Of a stretch of 58,662 nucleotides of DNA, positions 9,907 through 21,496 are shown in pieces. This stretch comes from Prevotella sp. GTDB taxonomy: Bacteria > Bacteroidota > Bacteroidia > Bacteroidales > Dysgonomonadaceae. The position numbers were made by a program, and so were the translations under genes. The notes beneath the pieces were generated by a model. That model searched no databases. It saw only the letters and a list, made by a program, of their open reading frames with translations, and was not told the origin of the DNA. Location: positions 1-58,662 of the forward strand of contig JAISSD010000147.1 of assembly GCA_031273295.1 (NCBI GenBank). The letters are read 5' to 3'. The number at the start of each line of letters is the position of its first letter. The stretch's first letter is position 1.

Positions 9907-11166
9907 ATGGATAAAACAAAAATTGCCGTCATCGGACTGGGATATGTCGGACTGCCTTTAGCCGGGCTGTTTGCGACAAAATATCCTGTCGTGGGTTTTG
10001 ATATTGATAAAGACCGCGTAGATGAATTAATGTCGGGAAACGATCGTACACTGGAAGTTGAAAAAGATATTCTTGAGTCAATATTAAAAAAAGAATCCGA
10101 TAATAATACAGGCTTATTCTGTACCTGTAGTCCGGATGATATAAAAGATTGCAACTATTATATAGTGACCGTCCCAACGCCTGTCGATAAAAACAACAGG
10201 CCGGACTTGACTCCGTTATACAAAGCCAGTGAAACGGTAGGGAAAGTAATAGGTAAAGGTGATATTGTTATTTATGAATCAACAGTTTATCCGGGAGCTA
10301 CAGAGGAAGATTGTATTCCGGTCGTCGAAAAAACTTCCGGTTTGAAATTTAATGTTGACTTCTTCGCAGGTTATTCTCCGGAAAGGATAAATCCGGGAGA
10401 TAAAGAACATACGGTGGAGAAAATAAAGAAAGTGATATCCGGCTCTACACCTGAAACAGGGACAAAACTGAATATTCTGTATTCATCCGTCATCAAAGCC
10501 GGAACGCATCTGGCGCCAACAATAAGAGTTGCCGAGGCAGCAAAAGTGATTGAAAACACTCAACGGGATATCAATATTGCATTTGTAAACGAGCTGAAGA
10601 AAATATTTGATAGAATGGGTATTGATACGAACGCAGTACTGGAAGCCGCAGGTACCAAATGGAATTTTCTATCATTTAAACCTGGATTGGTTGGTGGACA
10701 TTGTATCGGAGTTGACCCATACTATCTGGCACAGAAAGCGCAAGAGTATGGCTATCATCCTGAAATTATCCTTGCCGGTCGCCGGATGAATGACAGTATG
10801 GGTGAATATGTTGCGAGTGAAGTAGTTAAAAAGATGATTAAACAAGGCATTCAGGTTAAAGGATCTAATATCCTTGTGCTCGGTATCACTTTTAAAGAGA
10901 ATTGTCCTGATGTGCGTAATACGAAGGTCGTGGATGTAATTCGCGGATTGAAAGAATATGATGCGAATATAACGATTTATGATCCTTGGGCAAATCCGCA
11001 AGAAGTAAAACATGAATATGGCTTGGATATTCTGACCGAAATGCCGGAAGGGAAATTTGATGCGGTGGTGTTGGCTGTGAGGCATAAGGAGTTTATAAAC
11101 ATTGATTATTCTTCCCTTATAAATAAATTAGGTATTATATATGATTTAAAGCCTGTTTTAGATTAA
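9907..11166 (+). CDS. UDP-N-acetylhexosamine dehydrogenase, WbpO/TviB-like
   Basis: [42 protein letters not shown]. Confidence 0.9.
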   Translation: MDKTKIAVIGLGYVGLPLAGLFATKYPVVGFDIDKDRVDELMSGNDRTLEVEKDILESILKKESDNNTGLFCTCSPDDIKDCNYYIVTVPTPVDKNNRPDLTPLYKASETVGKVIGKGDIVIYESTVYPGATEEDCIPVVEKTSGLKFNVDFFAGYSPERINPGDKEHTVEKIKKVISGSTPETGTKLNILYSSVIKAGTHLAPTIRVAEAAKVIENTQRDINIAFVNELKKIFDRMGIDTNAVLEAAGTKWNFLSFKPGLVGGHCIGVDPYYLAQKAQEYGYHPEIILAGRRMNDSMGEYVASEVVKKMIKQGIQVKGSNILVLGITFKENCPDVRNTKVVDVIRGLKEYDANITIYDPWANPQEVKHEYGLDILTEMPEGKFDAVVLAVRHKEFINIDYSSLINKLGIIYDLKPVLD

Positions 11167-11169
11167 ATT

Positions 11170-12684
11170 GTGTGGGAAGTTTTTAAAAATATGGTAAAGA
11201 ACAACCAGAGTAATACTGTACAAGCTTTTTGGGTGGTTATTGGAAATTTTGCATCTTTTGGATTTGCTATGGTTAGTTCTATGATTTTGAGTAGATACTT
11301 ACTAAAAGAAGATTACGGAACATATCGACAAGTTATATACATATATAGTACTTTATTAATGGTTTTTACATTAGGTTTACCAAAAGCATTTTCTTATTTT
11401 CTACCTCGAGTAGAATTAGGCGAAGCCAAAGATGTTACCCGAAAAATTAATAGGGTATTTTTTGTCGTTGGATTTATCTTCTCCCTATTATTGTTTCTTT
11501 TTTCATCACAAATAGCAATAATATTAAAGAATGACAATCTTACTCTGGCATTGAAGATATTTTCCCTTGTACCTTTGTTTATGTTACCTACAATGGGATT
11601 AGAAAGTATATTGGCTACCTATAAGAAAACACAGCTTCTTGCGGTATATACAGTTGTAACACGTATAATAATGTTATTATGTGTGGCATTGCCTGTTGTT
11701 TTTTTTAAAGGAGACTATATGTCTGCTGTTATTGGTTTTGTTATATCTTCTTTTTTTACTTTAATTATAGGATTATATTTAAAAAACATACCATTTAAAA
11801 TTGTTCAAGGAATTAAAACCCAGATATCCTATTGTCAAATATTTAAATATTCCTTACCTTTAATGCATGCCAGTTTATGGGGAATATTGATTAATTCTGC
11901 AGATCAATTCTTTATAAGTAGATTCTTTGGTACCGAAACATTTGCTGAATTTGCTAATGGATCATTGGAACTACCTTTTGTTGGAATGATTATTGGAGCT
12001 TCGTCAACCGTTTTAATGCCTCTTTTTTCGAGACAAATACATGAAAAGGTCAATCCTAAACAAGATATTCTTCCTGTTTGGAGGAGCGCATTTGAGAAAA
12101 TTGCAAAGATTATTTATCCTTTAGTTATATTTTTTTGGTTTTTTGCTGATATTGTAATGATTATTTTATATGGAAATTTTTATGAGGGTTCCTCAGTCTA
12201 TTTCAGAATAAAATTGATTGTGAATTTTTTCACATTAATTTCATATGGCCCTTTAATATTAGCTATTGGCGCTACTCGATACTATGCAAATGTTCATATG
12301 ATAGGAGCAATAATTCTTATATTATTAGAATATATAGGTATTCTAATATTTCATTCTCCTGAAGTTGTCATCATGATATCCGTAGCGTGTCAAATTGGGC
12401 GCATTTTTGCTATGCTTCTTTTTATTTCAAAATTCTTTTGCATATCATTAAAAATATTATTTCCAACAGTGTTATCGTTAAAAATATTATTTTTATCAAC
12501 AACCATTTTACTGTTTATTAGATATTTATTAGATAATTATTTTGTTATGAATAACATTATCCAAATAACAATCAGTTTTATTCTATACTTTATTATATTT
12601 CTATGGGGGGCCAATTTGTTAAAAATTGACTATATATCCATTTTGCGTCCATTATTAGTAAATTTCAAGAAAAAGAGAAAATGA
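11170..12684 (+). CDS. wzx: Oligosaccharide flippase
   Basis: ~500 aa polytopic membrane protein, MOP-like N-terminus (ILSRYLLKEDYG), locus context. Confidence 0.8.
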   Translation: MWEVFKNMVKNNQSNTVQAFWVVIGNFASFGFAMVSSMILSRYLLKEDYGTYRQVIYIYSTLLMVFTLGLPKAFSYFLPRVELGEAKDVTRKINRVFFVVGFIFSLLLFLFSSQIAIILKNDNLTLALKIFSLVPLFMLPTMGLESILATYKKTQLLAVYTVVTRIIMLLCVALPVVFFKGDYMSAVIGFVISSFFTLIIGLYLKNIPFKIVQGIKTQISYCQIFKYSLPLMHASLWGILINSADQFFISRFFGTETFAEFANGSLELPFVGMIIGASSTVLMPLFSRQIHEKVNPKQDILPVWRSAFEKIAKIIYPLVIFFWFFADIVMIILYGNFYEGSSVYFRIKLIVNFFTLISYGPLILAIGATRYYANVHMIGAIILILLEYIGILIFHSPEVVIMISVACQIGRIFAMLLFISKFFCISLKILFPTVLSLKILFLSTTILLFIRYLLDNYFVMNNIIQITISFILYFIIFLWGANLLKIDYISILRPLLVNFKKKRK

Positions 12685-13271
12685 AACAAATAAAAAAAAT
12701 AATAAAATTATTTTTACCTTTTTATTCCCAATATAGTCATTACCGTAAGTCAAAGGTTCCTGCTCGCTATAGTAATTTTTTAAAATATCGTCTTGGGTTG
12801 ACTAAAATTCATTGGGCTATGGACAAAAATTGCTTGGTTGCTAATCCTCATAAAATTAGAATTGGTATAAATTGTGCCATTGGAAGTTCTGGAGTATATA
12901 TTCAAGGTGCAGGTAATGTTTATTTCGGAGATTATGTCCGACTGGCACCAAATGTTGGCATTTTAAGTGCAAATCACGATCTTTATGATCACAATAAGTA
13001 TAATTATAAAACAATAAAAATTGGTGATTATTCTTGGATTGGCATGAATAGTGTTGTTCTAGCTGGCGTAGAGTTAGGAACAAGGACAATTGTGGCTGCA
13101 GGCTCTGTTGTTACAAAAAGTTTTCCTGAGGGATTTTGCGTGATAGGAGGTAATCCTGCGAAAATTATTAAATATTTAGATAAAGACAAATTTATTCCTT
13201 GGAAATATGAGGTTGAATATTATGGATTTATTCCTAAAGAAAGGTATGAAAAAAATCTCAAAGAAATCTAG
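12681..13271 (+). CDS. Hexapeptide-repeat O-acyltransferase
   Basis: IGDYSWIGMNSVVLAGVELG...VAAGSVVTK...GGNPAKIIK. Confidence 0.85.
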   Translation: MKQIKKIIKLFLPFYSQYSHYRKSKVPARYSNFLKYRLGLTKIHWAMDKNCLVANPHKIRIGINCAIGSSGVYIQGAGNVYFGDYVRLAPNVGILSANHDLYDHNKYNYKTIKIGDYSWIGMNSVVLAGVELGTRTIVAAGSVVTKSFPEGFCVIGGNPAKIIKYLDKDKFIPWKYEVEYYGFIPKERYEKNLKEI

Positions 13272-13273
13272 AT

Positions 13274-14359
13274 ATGAAATTAACAATAGTAGCGGGAGCT
13301 AGACCCAATTTTATTAAAATAGCGCCCATTACAAAAGCAGTCTTAAATACTCAAAGTAATGGTAAAAGTATTACTTATCGATTAGTTCATACTGGACAGC
13401 ACTATGATAAAAAAATGAGTGATACTTTCTTTGAAGATCTCAATATTCCTCTTCCGGATATTAATTTGGGAATAGGGGGAGGAAGCCAAGCTGAACAAAC
13501 TGCAGGAATAATGATTGAGTTTGAAAAAGAACTTATAAAAAATCCGACAGATCTTGTAATAGTTGTTGGTGATGTTACTTCTACAATGGCATGCTCTATT
13601 GTCGCAAAAAAATTGGGAACTAAAGTTGCCCATATAGAAGCCGGTATTCGTTCGTGGGATTTAACAATGCCTGAAGAGATAAACCGTATGGTAACAGATA
13701 GTATAACTGATTATTTTTTCACAACATCAAGAGTAGCGAATGAGAATTTGAATAATATGGGAATTCCGGAAGAACGGATTTTCTTTGTAGGAAATGTGAT
13801 GATCGATACGTTGTTAAGTAATATTAAGCGTCTGGTTAAGCCTGTTTTCTTTGATGAAATAAATTTATATAAAGGTAATTATATTGTACTTACACTACAT
13901 CGTCCTGCTAATGTCGATGAAATTAAGAAACTAGAAGCGACAATAAATGAAATAGCTAATAATGTGGAAAGTTTACCAATTATTTTCCCAATACATCCCC
14001 GAACAGCCAAAAGACTCTCAGGAATAAATGTTTTCTCAGATAATTTACATATTGTTGACCCATTAGGGTATTTGGAATTTAATTATTTAGTAAAGAATGC
14101 TAAAGCTGTAATAACTGATTCCGGAGGAATTACTGAAGAGACTACAGTGATGGGGGTACCTTGTTTAACATTAAGAGATAGTACAGAGAGACCCGAAACT
14201 TGTACCATTGGTACAAACGAACTTGTCGGTACCAATCCAAAAGCAATAAAACCTGCATTACTAAAACTATTCTCAAATGAATGGAAAAAGGGAGGGCTCC
14301 CGGAATTATGGGATGGGAAAACGGCTGAAAGAATTGTGAATATATTATTGAGTTTATAA
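13274..14359 (+). CDS. wecB: UDP-N-acetylglucosamine 2-epimerase (non-hydrolysing)
   Basis: GARPNFIK, HTGQHYD, HIEAGIRS, TLHRPANVD, TDSGG, TERPET. Confidence 0.92.
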   Translation: MKLTIVAGARPNFIKIAPITKAVLNTQSNGKSITYRLVHTGQHYDKKMSDTFFEDLNIPLPDINLGIGGGSQAEQTAGIMIEFEKELIKNPTDLVIVVGDVTSTMACSIVAKKLGTKVAHIEAGIRSWDLTMPEEINRMVTDSITDYFFTTSRVANENLNNMGIPEERIFFVGNVMIDTLLSNIKRLVKPVFFDEINLYKGNYIVLTLHRPANVDEIKKLEATINEIANNVESLPIIFPIHPRTAKRLSGINVFSDNLHIVDPLGYLEFNYLVKNAKAVITDSGGITEETTVMGVPCLTLRDSTERPETCTIGTNELVGTNPKAIKPALLKLFSNEWKKGGLPELWDGKTAERIVNILLSL

Positions 14360-14362
14360 GAA

Positions 14363-15460
14363 ATGAAAATAATTATTATATCTGTTACTTTTTATCCATC
14401 TCAATCTCCTAGGGCTTTGAGGACAACAGAACTAGCTTTTGAGTTTGCACATAGAGGGCATGAGGTTACTGTTTATGCTCATTTGGGAGATTATGACTAT
14501 CGAGAAATCGAAAAAAAGAAAGGGGTAAAAGTAAAAAATATAAAGACTTTCTTTCCAATGATAAATTCCGATGGAAAAAAGGTTGGAAAATTTAACAATT
14601 CTATTTTGAATAAGATTTTTAGTAAGCTTTTCCAATTTATCAATTATCCTGATATTGAACTTATGTTCAGAATACCTTCAATTATAAAAAAAGAAAAGAA
14701 GCCAGATTTATTAATCTCGATTGCTGTACCTCATTCTATCCATTGGGGCTGTGCTTGGGGAAAAAAGAAATGTGAAAAAATATTTCCGGATAAATGGATT
14801 GCTGATTGTGGAGACCCTTTTATGGGAAATCCTTTTCATAAACGACCTTTTTATTTTAAATATTTAGAAAAATGGTTTTGTAACAATACTGATTATGTTA
14901 CAGTACCTATTGAAGGGGCAAAAAAAGCTTACTTTGAAGAATACAGGCATAAAATTAAAGTAATTCCGCAAGGTTTTAATTTTAACCATTTGAAACTATA
15001 TAATGGTATAATAGCTAACGAAATACCAACATTTTCCTATTCAGGTGTATTTTATAAAAACATTAGAGACCCACGTCCTTTTTTAGACTATTTATGTACA
15101 AGAGAAGATAAATTCAAATTTATAATTTATACAAAAAATCATCAGGTTATTGCCCCTTATTTAAATAAACTTGGTGAAAAAATTGAATTTCATGATTATA
15201 TTAGAAGAGAACAGCTTATATATGAATTAAGTACAATGGATTTTTTAGTGAATTTTGAAAATAATAGTGAAGTACAAATTCCAAGTAAGTTAATTGATTA
15301 TGCTTATACAAAACGTCCGATTCTTTCTATTGGAAATAATTTTGATAAATCTATTGTTGATGAATTTTTAGAAGGAAATTATAGCAAAAGATTAATTGTT
15401 GATGTGACACCATATTATATAGAAAATGTGGTTGATAAACTACTTAATTTAATAAAATGA
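14363..15460 (+). CDS. Glycosyltransferase (GT4-like)
   Basis: HRGHEVTV, WIADCGDPF, IPSKLIDY. Confidence 0.75.
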   Translation: MKIIIISVTFYPSQSPRALRTTELAFEFAHRGHEVTVYAHLGDYDYREIEKKKGVKVKNIKTFFPMINSDGKKVGKFNNSILNKIFSKLFQFINYPDIELMFRIPSIIKKEKKPDLLISIAVPHSIHWGCAWGKKKCEKIFPDKWIADCGDPFMGNPFHKRPFYFKYLEKWFCNNTDYVTVPIEGAKKAYFEEYRHKIKVIPQGFNFNHLKLYNGIIANEIPTFSYSGVFYKNIRDPRPFLDYLCTREDKFKFIIYTKNHQVIAPYLNKLGEKIEFHDYIRREQLIYELSTMDFLVNFENNSEVQIPSKLIDYAYTKRPILSIGNNFDKSIVDEFLEGNYSKRLIVDVTPYYIENVVDKLLNLIK

Positions 15461-15552
15461 ATAGTGCAAAGATATTGGTTACAAATGATTTTTGTCCAAA
15501 TGGCCGTAATAGATTTAATATTGTTAAATATAGTTCGATGTGGATCTTATAG
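15457..15552 (+). pseudogene. 31-codon remnant resembling the N-terminus of a CapA-family metallophosphatase
   Basis: ATGA-coupled to the upstream stop; MNSAKILVTNDFCPNGR resembles the KIL(I/V)xGDFCP start of CapA proteins. Confidence 0.35.
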
Positions 15553-15586
15553 AAGTATCTTAATTTAATATTAAAAGAAATTAATA

Positions 15587-16600
15587 ATGAAAATAGCAAT
15601 TCACCAAAATGAACATTCATTTAGTATAAGATGGATTGGATATTGTATAAAGCAAAATATACCATATAAGATTGTCAATTGTTATGAATCTGATATAATT
15701 GAGCAATTATCAGATTGTAGTTTTTTAATGTGGCATTTCCATCATCTTGATTATCGTGATGCTATTTTTGCAAAACAACTTGTTTTCGCTATTGAGCAAA
15801 AAGGTATAAAAGTTTTTCCTGACTTTCATACTTGCTGGCATTTTGATGATAAAGTAGGACAAAAATATTTACTTGAATCTATTGGGGCTCCTATGGTAAA
15901 ATCATATGTATTTTATTCTAAAGAAGATGCCTTGAAATGGGTAAATAGTACATCTTTTCCTAAAGTATTTAAACTAAGAGGAGGTGCAGGAGCTTCTAAT
16001 GTAAGTCTAATCAATAATAAGAATAGTGCAGGTAAAATTATAAAGAAGGCTTTTGGCAAAGGATTTAGTCAATATAATGGGTGGGGAAGTTTTAATAATA
16101 AAATTAGATTGTATAAAATAAATAAGGCCACACGACTAGACCTCATTAAATCTTTTATTAGAATATTCTTTCCTGCGAATTTCGCCCGAATGCATGGACG
16201 GGAGAAAGGATACGCTTATTTTCAGGATTATATACCCAATAATAATTTTGATATAAGAATTATTGCAATCGGTAGTAATTTTTTTGGAATTAAAAGAATG
16301 GTAAGAGAAAATGATTTTAGGGCATCCGGTAGTGGTAGAGTAATTTATAATAAAAATGAAATTGATATTAGATGTGTAGAAATAGCAAAAGATGTCAGTG
16401 AAAAGTTAATGACACAAAGTATTGCTTTTGATTTCATTTTCGATAAAGAAAATAATCCATTGATAATAGAGATAAGCTATGGCTTTTCCTATGCAGTATA
16501 TGATCAATGTAATGGCTTCTGGGATAAAGATTTGAATTGGAATGAAGTTCCATTCAATCCTCAAGAATGGATGGTCAATACTTTAATACAATCTAAATAA
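15587..16600 (+). CDS. ATP-grasp (RimK-like) ligase in the polysaccharide locus
   Basis: DDKVGQKYLL, FPKVFKLRGGAG, YFQDYIP, DIRI, DFRASGSG, IIEIS. Confidence 0.82.
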   Translation: MKIAIHQNEHSFSIRWIGYCIKQNIPYKIVNCYESDIIEQLSDCSFLMWHFHHLDYRDAIFAKQLVFAIEQKGIKVFPDFHTCWHFDDKVGQKYLLESIGAPMVKSYVFYSKEDALKWVNSTSFPKVFKLRGGAGASNVSLINNKNSAGKIIKKAFGKGFSQYNGWGSFNNKIRLYKINKATRLDLIKSFIRIFFPANFARMHGREKGYAYFQDYIPNNNFDIRIIAIGSNFFGIKRMVRENDFRASGSGRVIYNKNEIDIRCVEIAKDVSEKLMTQSIAFDFIFDKENNPLIIEISYGFSYAVYDQCNGFWDKDLNWNEVPFNPQEWMVNTLIQSK

Positions 16601-16611
16601 TTTTAATTGGT

Positions 16612-17793
16612 ATGGAAGAGGATAAATTTCATAAAAGTGTATTCTTTTTAATAAGTCCTATTTTTTCATTACCAATGACTTTCTATGGGATTGCTAAAAA
16701 GTCATCATTTAGTCTTTTTTTATTTACTCTGACAATTGGTTTTTTAAGTTATCTGTATGTTCCATATATATCTGATGATAGGGCATCTCATTATCTTAAG
16801 TTCATAGATTTAGGGAAGATGTCTTGGTATCAAATTACAGCTTATCTGGTAGACAGACCTGATTTTTTATTTTCTATCTATTTGGCAATAATGTCTAAAA
16901 TAGGACTTTCTTTTCAGATTACTGCCTCTATTGTCAGTATCGCTTCTGTTAGCATAACTTTCTTAATATTTAATAAGTTAACAAAGGATCAAAATAAATA
17001 CTGTTTTCTATCATTTATTCTAATTTTTTTTACGATAAGTCTTCTTTCTCTATTTTCAGGAATGCGCTATTATTTTGCATGTACGATTGTTTTTCTTGCA
17101 TTTTATTATGTCTTTTTTGAGCAAAAAAAGATTAAAGGTTTTGCTTTTCTCCTTCTTGCAGCTTGTACTCATTTTAGTACAATGTTATTTATTCTTGTAA
17201 CAATACTTGTTTTATTATTAGAAAATAAACCAAATTGGTCAAAGACATTATTTTTAATCTCATTCTTGTTTTTGTTAATTCCTAGGACAGAATTATTAAT
17301 GCAAATATCAAATCTTGGTTTTTTTGATAGTGCAATAGATTCGAAGATCAATGCATATTTAGGAGAACGTGATTTTGTTAGTGAGGGGATGGATAACTCC
17401 AGTAGTGCAGTAATCATTTATTGGGGATCAAATTTATGGCTATATATAGCATATATATATCTTTTATTTACATGGAAAAATACATCTACTCTTAGGACAA
17501 TCCTATATTGTATGATTTTTTTTGTTAATATTTTTTATCAGGCGCCTACTGTTTTTCAAAGATATTCACTTGTTATTCAATTTTTCTTTGCTCTATTAAT
17601 TCTTATTGATTTAATTAATTCCGGAAAAATAAAGTTTTTTTATATTTTCCTGGCGCTATTTTCTATTCGTTTTGTATTTCAACTCATTATAATAAGAAAT
17701 ATAATAGTTGAGAGTTATTTTGACTCAGATACACTTTTACTTATCACAGGGCTATTCAAGGAAATAACTGATATGAACTTTTTACGTAATTGA
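16612..17793 (+). CDS. wzy: EpsG-family / Wzy polymerase
   Basis: ~10 TM segments, SGMRYYFA, LLAACTHFST. Confidence 0.75.
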   Translation: MEEDKFHKSVFFLISPIFSLPMTFYGIAKKSSFSLFLFTLTIGFLSYLYVPYISDDRASHYLKFIDLGKMSWYQITAYLVDRPDFLFSIYLAIMSKIGLSFQITASIVSIASVSITFLIFNKLTKDQNKYCFLSFILIFFTISLLSLFSGMRYYFACTIVFLAFYYVFFEQKKIKGFAFLLLAACTHFSTMLFILVTILVLLLENKPNWSKTLFLISFLFLLIPRTELLMQISNLGFFDSAIDSKINAYLGERDFVSEGMDNSSSAVIIYWGSNLWLYIAYIYLLFTWKNTSTLRTILYCMIFFVNIFYQAPTVFQRYSLVIQFFFALLILIDLINSGKIKFFYIFLALFSIRFVFQLIIIRNIIVESYFDSDTLLLITGLFKEITDMNFLRN

Positions 17794-17797
17794 AAAT

Positions 17798-18883
17798 ATG
17801 GAAAAGAAAAAAGTAGCTTTTTTTGTAACGGGCTTGGAATCAGGAGGAATCGAGAACTATTTATTAAGATTCTTGACTCATTATAAAGATGAGATAAATG
17901 CTCATGTATATTGTAAATCTGGTGCAAAGGGTGTATTAGAAGATAAATATAAGAGTATTGGAGCACAAATAATCCCGATGAAAATAGGTTATTTTAATTT
18001 GTTTCAATTTAAAAGGATTTATGATAAGTTCATTATAGAAAAATATTGCACAGTATGTGATTTTACAGGAAATTTTGCTGGTATAATAATGATGTTATCT
18101 TACTATGCTAAAATAAATAATAGGATTGCTTTCTATCGTGGTTCAACTAATCACTTCAGAGCAAATTATATTCGATTATTATATAATGAGTGGATGAAAA
18201 AACTAGTAGAAAAATATTCTTCGTATATCTTATCCAATTCTAAAGTTGCATTAGATTTTTTTTACCCAAACAGAGATCGACAAGATTCAAGGTGTCAAGT
18301 TATTTATAATGGAATTGATTCAAAAAAGTTTTTGTCAACAAAGGATGAATTAAGAGATGAATTATCTATACCTAAATCAGCTTTTGTCGTTGGACATGTT
18401 GGTAGATTTGCTAAAGAAAAAAATCATGATTTGATAATTAAAGTTGCTTTTGATCTTTGTAAAAAACACGATGATATTTTCTTCCTTTTATGCGGTAAAG
18501 GAGTTGATGAAAATTTAGCAAATATTGTTGAACAAGAAGGTTTGTCATCAAGAATAAAATTATTAGGCAATAGGACTGATATTATAAGAATATTAAATAC
18601 AATGAATTGTTTTTATTTCCCATCAAAAACAGAGGGACAACCAAATGCATTAATAGAAGCTTTAATTACAGGTCTACCTTTCGTCGCTTCCAATATTGAA
18701 CCAATAAAAGAGTCAATTCCAAAAGCATTTCATGATCAATTGGTAAATATTGATACTATAGAACAAAGTTGCTTAAAAATTTTAGAAATTTACAATAAAG
18801 ATAAAAATATAGATTTAAGAAACTGGGCTGTTGATTTTTATAATGTAACAAATTTATTTGATCAGTTTTTCCGGAAATTATAA
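17798..18883 (+). CDS. Glycosyltransferase family 4
   Basis: GGIE, VIYNGID, GHVGRFAKEKNH, PSKTEGQPNALIEA. Confidence 0.88.
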   Translation: MEKKKVAFFVTGLESGGIENYLLRFLTHYKDEINAHVYCKSGAKGVLEDKYKSIGAQIIPMKIGYFNLFQFKRIYDKFIIEKYCTVCDFTGNFAGIIMMLSYYAKINNRIAFYRGSTNHFRANYIRLLYNEWMKKLVEKYSSYILSNSKVALDFFYPNRDRQDSRCQVIYNGIDSKKFLSTKDELRDELSIPKSAFVVGHVGRFAKEKNHDLIIKVAFDLCKKHDDIFFLLCGKGVDENLANIVEQEGLSSRIKLLGNRTDIIRILNTMNCFYFPSKTEGQPNALIEALITGLPFVASNIEPIKESIPKAFHDQLVNIDTIEQSCLKILEIYNKDKNIDLRNWAVDFYNVTNLFDQFFRKL

Positions 18884-18994
18884 TTATTCTGTGAAATAAT
18901 AATGAATGTTTTGGAATTAAGTGAAAGTACAGAAAGTCAAATGTGAATATTTTATCACATGCGCAGAGTCAATAAAAAATGAAAATTGGAATAA

Positions 18995-20197
18995 ATGGAA
19001 TTAGTTTTTACTACAGGAGCGAGATTTGAGAGAAGTTTAGATGGAAAAATATATTCTGTCACAGATTCTTTTAATATGGATATTTGGAACAGATATTTGG
19101 CTGTTTATAACCATTTGTATATTATTGCACGAGTTGGAGATAGTTTGAAAGAGTATCCTAAAGAATTATTGGCTGAATCAGATAAAGTAACATTCATATG
19201 CCTTCCTTGTTATAAAGGCATAAATGGATATCTGAAGGAACGAAAAAGAATTTATAGAATAGTTCGAAATAATATAGATAAAAAATATAACTATATATGT
19301 AGGGTTCCGGGGATTATTGGATCTGTGGTTTCTAGAGAATTAAGAAAGAATAACATACCATATGGAGTAGAAGTTGTAGGAGATCCTTGGACTGTATTTT
19401 CATTTCAGAATATTAGAAATATCTTGAGTCCATTTTTGAGAATGCAAGGGTATCTCTCTTTAAGAAAAGTTGTACGTGGTGCATCTGCCGCGTTATATGT
19501 TACAGCAAATCAATTACAAAATAGATATCCTGCGAGGAAAGGTGTATTTACTATAAATGCATCAGATGTAAATTTACCAAGTGAATTGATTTGTCTACAG
19601 CCTAAAGAATTTAGAAAAAGAAGGGAAACGGATATTGTGAAATTAATATCGATAGGTTCGTTAGAGCAGCTCTATAAATCTCCAGACGTAGTAATAAAGT
19701 CTATTAAATTGCTTTCTGACAAAAAAATAAATTGTCGATTAACGTGGGTCGGAGATGGTGCTTATAAAGAAAGAATGATAGCTTTATCTAAAGATTTAGG
19801 TGTTTTTGATAAAGTTTTATTTATAGGAAAAGTAGTACCATCAAAAGTTAGAGAATATTTATTGGATTCGGATATTTTTATTCTTGTATCACGATCTGAA
19901 GGTTTGCCAAGAGCTGTGATAGAGGCTATGTCTGTTGGATTACCCTGTATTGGTACAAGAATAGGAGGAATACCCGAACTTCTGGAAAATGAAGTATTAA
20001 TTAAGCCTAATGATGAATACGCGTTGGCTGATGAAATTGATCTTTTTGTCAATAATTCGACTTTTGTAAATATGCAGGCTAAGCGTAATTTACTTGAGTC
20101 AAGAAAATATGCACAATCTCTTTTAGAGCAAAAACGGCAAACTTTTTACAAATCATTAATTAAATTATCAAATAGTGATGATATTGACAAGAGATAA
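18995..20197 (+). CDS. Glycosyltransferase family 4
   Basis: SRSEGLPRAVIEAMSVGLPCIGTRIGGIPE. Confidence 0.88.
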   Translation: MELVFTTGARFERSLDGKIYSVTDSFNMDIWNRYLAVYNHLYIIARVGDSLKEYPKELLAESDKVTFICLPCYKGINGYLKERKRIYRIVRNNIDKKYNYICRVPGIIGSVVSRELRKNNIPYGVEVVGDPWTVFSFQNIRNILSPFLRMQGYLSLRKVVRGASAALYVTANQLQNRYPARKGVFTINASDVNLPSELICLQPKEFRKRRETDIVKLISIGSLEQLYKSPDVVIKSIKLLSDKKINCRLTWVGDGAYKERMIALSKDLGVFDKVLFIGKVVPSKVREYLLDSDIFILVSRSEGLPRAVIEAMSVGLPCIGTRIGGIPELLENEVLIKPNDEYALADEIDLFVNNSTFVNMQAKRNLLESRKYAQSLLEQKRQTFYKSLIKLSNSDDIDKR

Positions 20198-20338
20198 AGA
20201 TTTTTTTGATAAAATTCTTCATATTGAATTTATTAATTTCAAAACGATAATAAATTCGAAAGAAATACAAATTAATGTTTGATTTTCAATTAGAAAAATT
20301 GATTTCCATATTTATTAAAACGATAGAAGGATATCTTA

Positions 20339-21496
20339 ATGAATAAACTCATCCGCATAACAACAGTTTCAATCTCATTAAATAAGCTTTTAGAGGGACA
20401 ATTAGCTTTTATGAAGCAATATTATGAGGTAATAGCTGTTTCATCAGATAATCAGGCTCTTAAAAAAGTAGGTAAGAAAGAAGGTATTCGTACTGTCTGT
20501 ATAGAAATGACCCGTAAGATAACTCCTATTCATGATTTAAAGGCTTTATGGAAATTATATCGTTTTTTAAAAAAAGAAAAACCGCTTATAGTACATACCC
20601 ATACCCCAAAGGCCGGCACAGTAGGCATGATTGCAGCATGGTTAGCAAATGTTCCGAACAGGATTCATACAGTAGCCGGTTTACCGTTGATGGAAACCGG
20701 AGGAGGAAAAAGGAAACTTTTAGATATAGTTGAGAAAATAACATATAGGTGCAGTACATTGGTTCTGCCTAATTCTTATGGATTGAAGGATATTATACTT
20801 AAAGAGAAACTTTGCAAATTATCGAAACTAAAAGTAATAGCTAATGGAAGCTCAAATGGAATAAATACATCATACTTTGATCCTACCCTATTCTCCGATA
20901 TTCAAAGAGGAAATCTCAAAAATGAACTAGGAATAAAGGATACAGATTTTGTTTTCATTTTTGTAGGTCGTATCGTAAAAGATAAAGGGGTAAATGAACT
21001 GGTAAACGCATTTGAAGAAATTAGCAAAAGATATAAAAATATAAAATTATTATTAGTTGGACCTCTTGAACCTCATCTTGATCCTTTAAAGAAGGATACA
21101 TTAGGAAAGATTAATAATAATACAAATATTATTGCTGTTGGCTTTCAATCCGATGTAAGACCCTATTTTGCGATATCTGATGTATTAGCCTTTCCCAGCT
21201 ATCGGGAAGGTTTTCCCAATGCCGTTATGCAAGCGGGAGCTATGGGGTTGCCTTCAATAGTGACGGATATTAATGGATGCAACGAGATTATCGAAGATGG
21301 TGTAAACGGGTTAATTATACCTTCCAAGAATAGAGAAGCCTTGGAAGAGAAAATGGAATTATTGTTAACAGATAAAGAACTTCTGGCTAAATTAAGAGAC
21401 AACGCCCGGGATAAAATTATTTCTCGTTATGAACAATATATGGTATGGGAAGCATTATTGTCAGAATATAAATCTTTAGAGAATAGGAATGTATAA
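20339..21496 (+). CDS. Glycosyltransferase family 4 (CapM/PglA-like)
   Basis: [35 protein letters not shown]. Confidence 0.9.
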   Translation: MNKLIRITTVSISLNKLLEGQLAFMKQYYEVIAVSSDNQALKKVGKKEGIRTVCIEMTRKITPIHDLKALWKLYRFLKKEKPLIVHTHTPKAGTVGMIAAWLANVPNRIHTVAGLPLMETGGGKRKLLDIVEKITYRCSTLVLPNSYGLKDIILKEKLCKLSKLKVIANGSSNGINTSYFDPTLFSDIQRGNLKNELGIKDTDFVFIFVGRIVKDKGVNELVNAFEEISKRYKNIKLLLVGPLEPHLDPLKKDTLGKINNNTNIIAVGFQSDVRPYFAISDVLAFPSYREGFPNAVMQAGAMGLPSIVTDINGCNEIIEDGVNGLIIPSKNREALEEKMELLLTDKELLAKLRDNARDKIISRYEQYMVWEALLSEYKSLENRNV

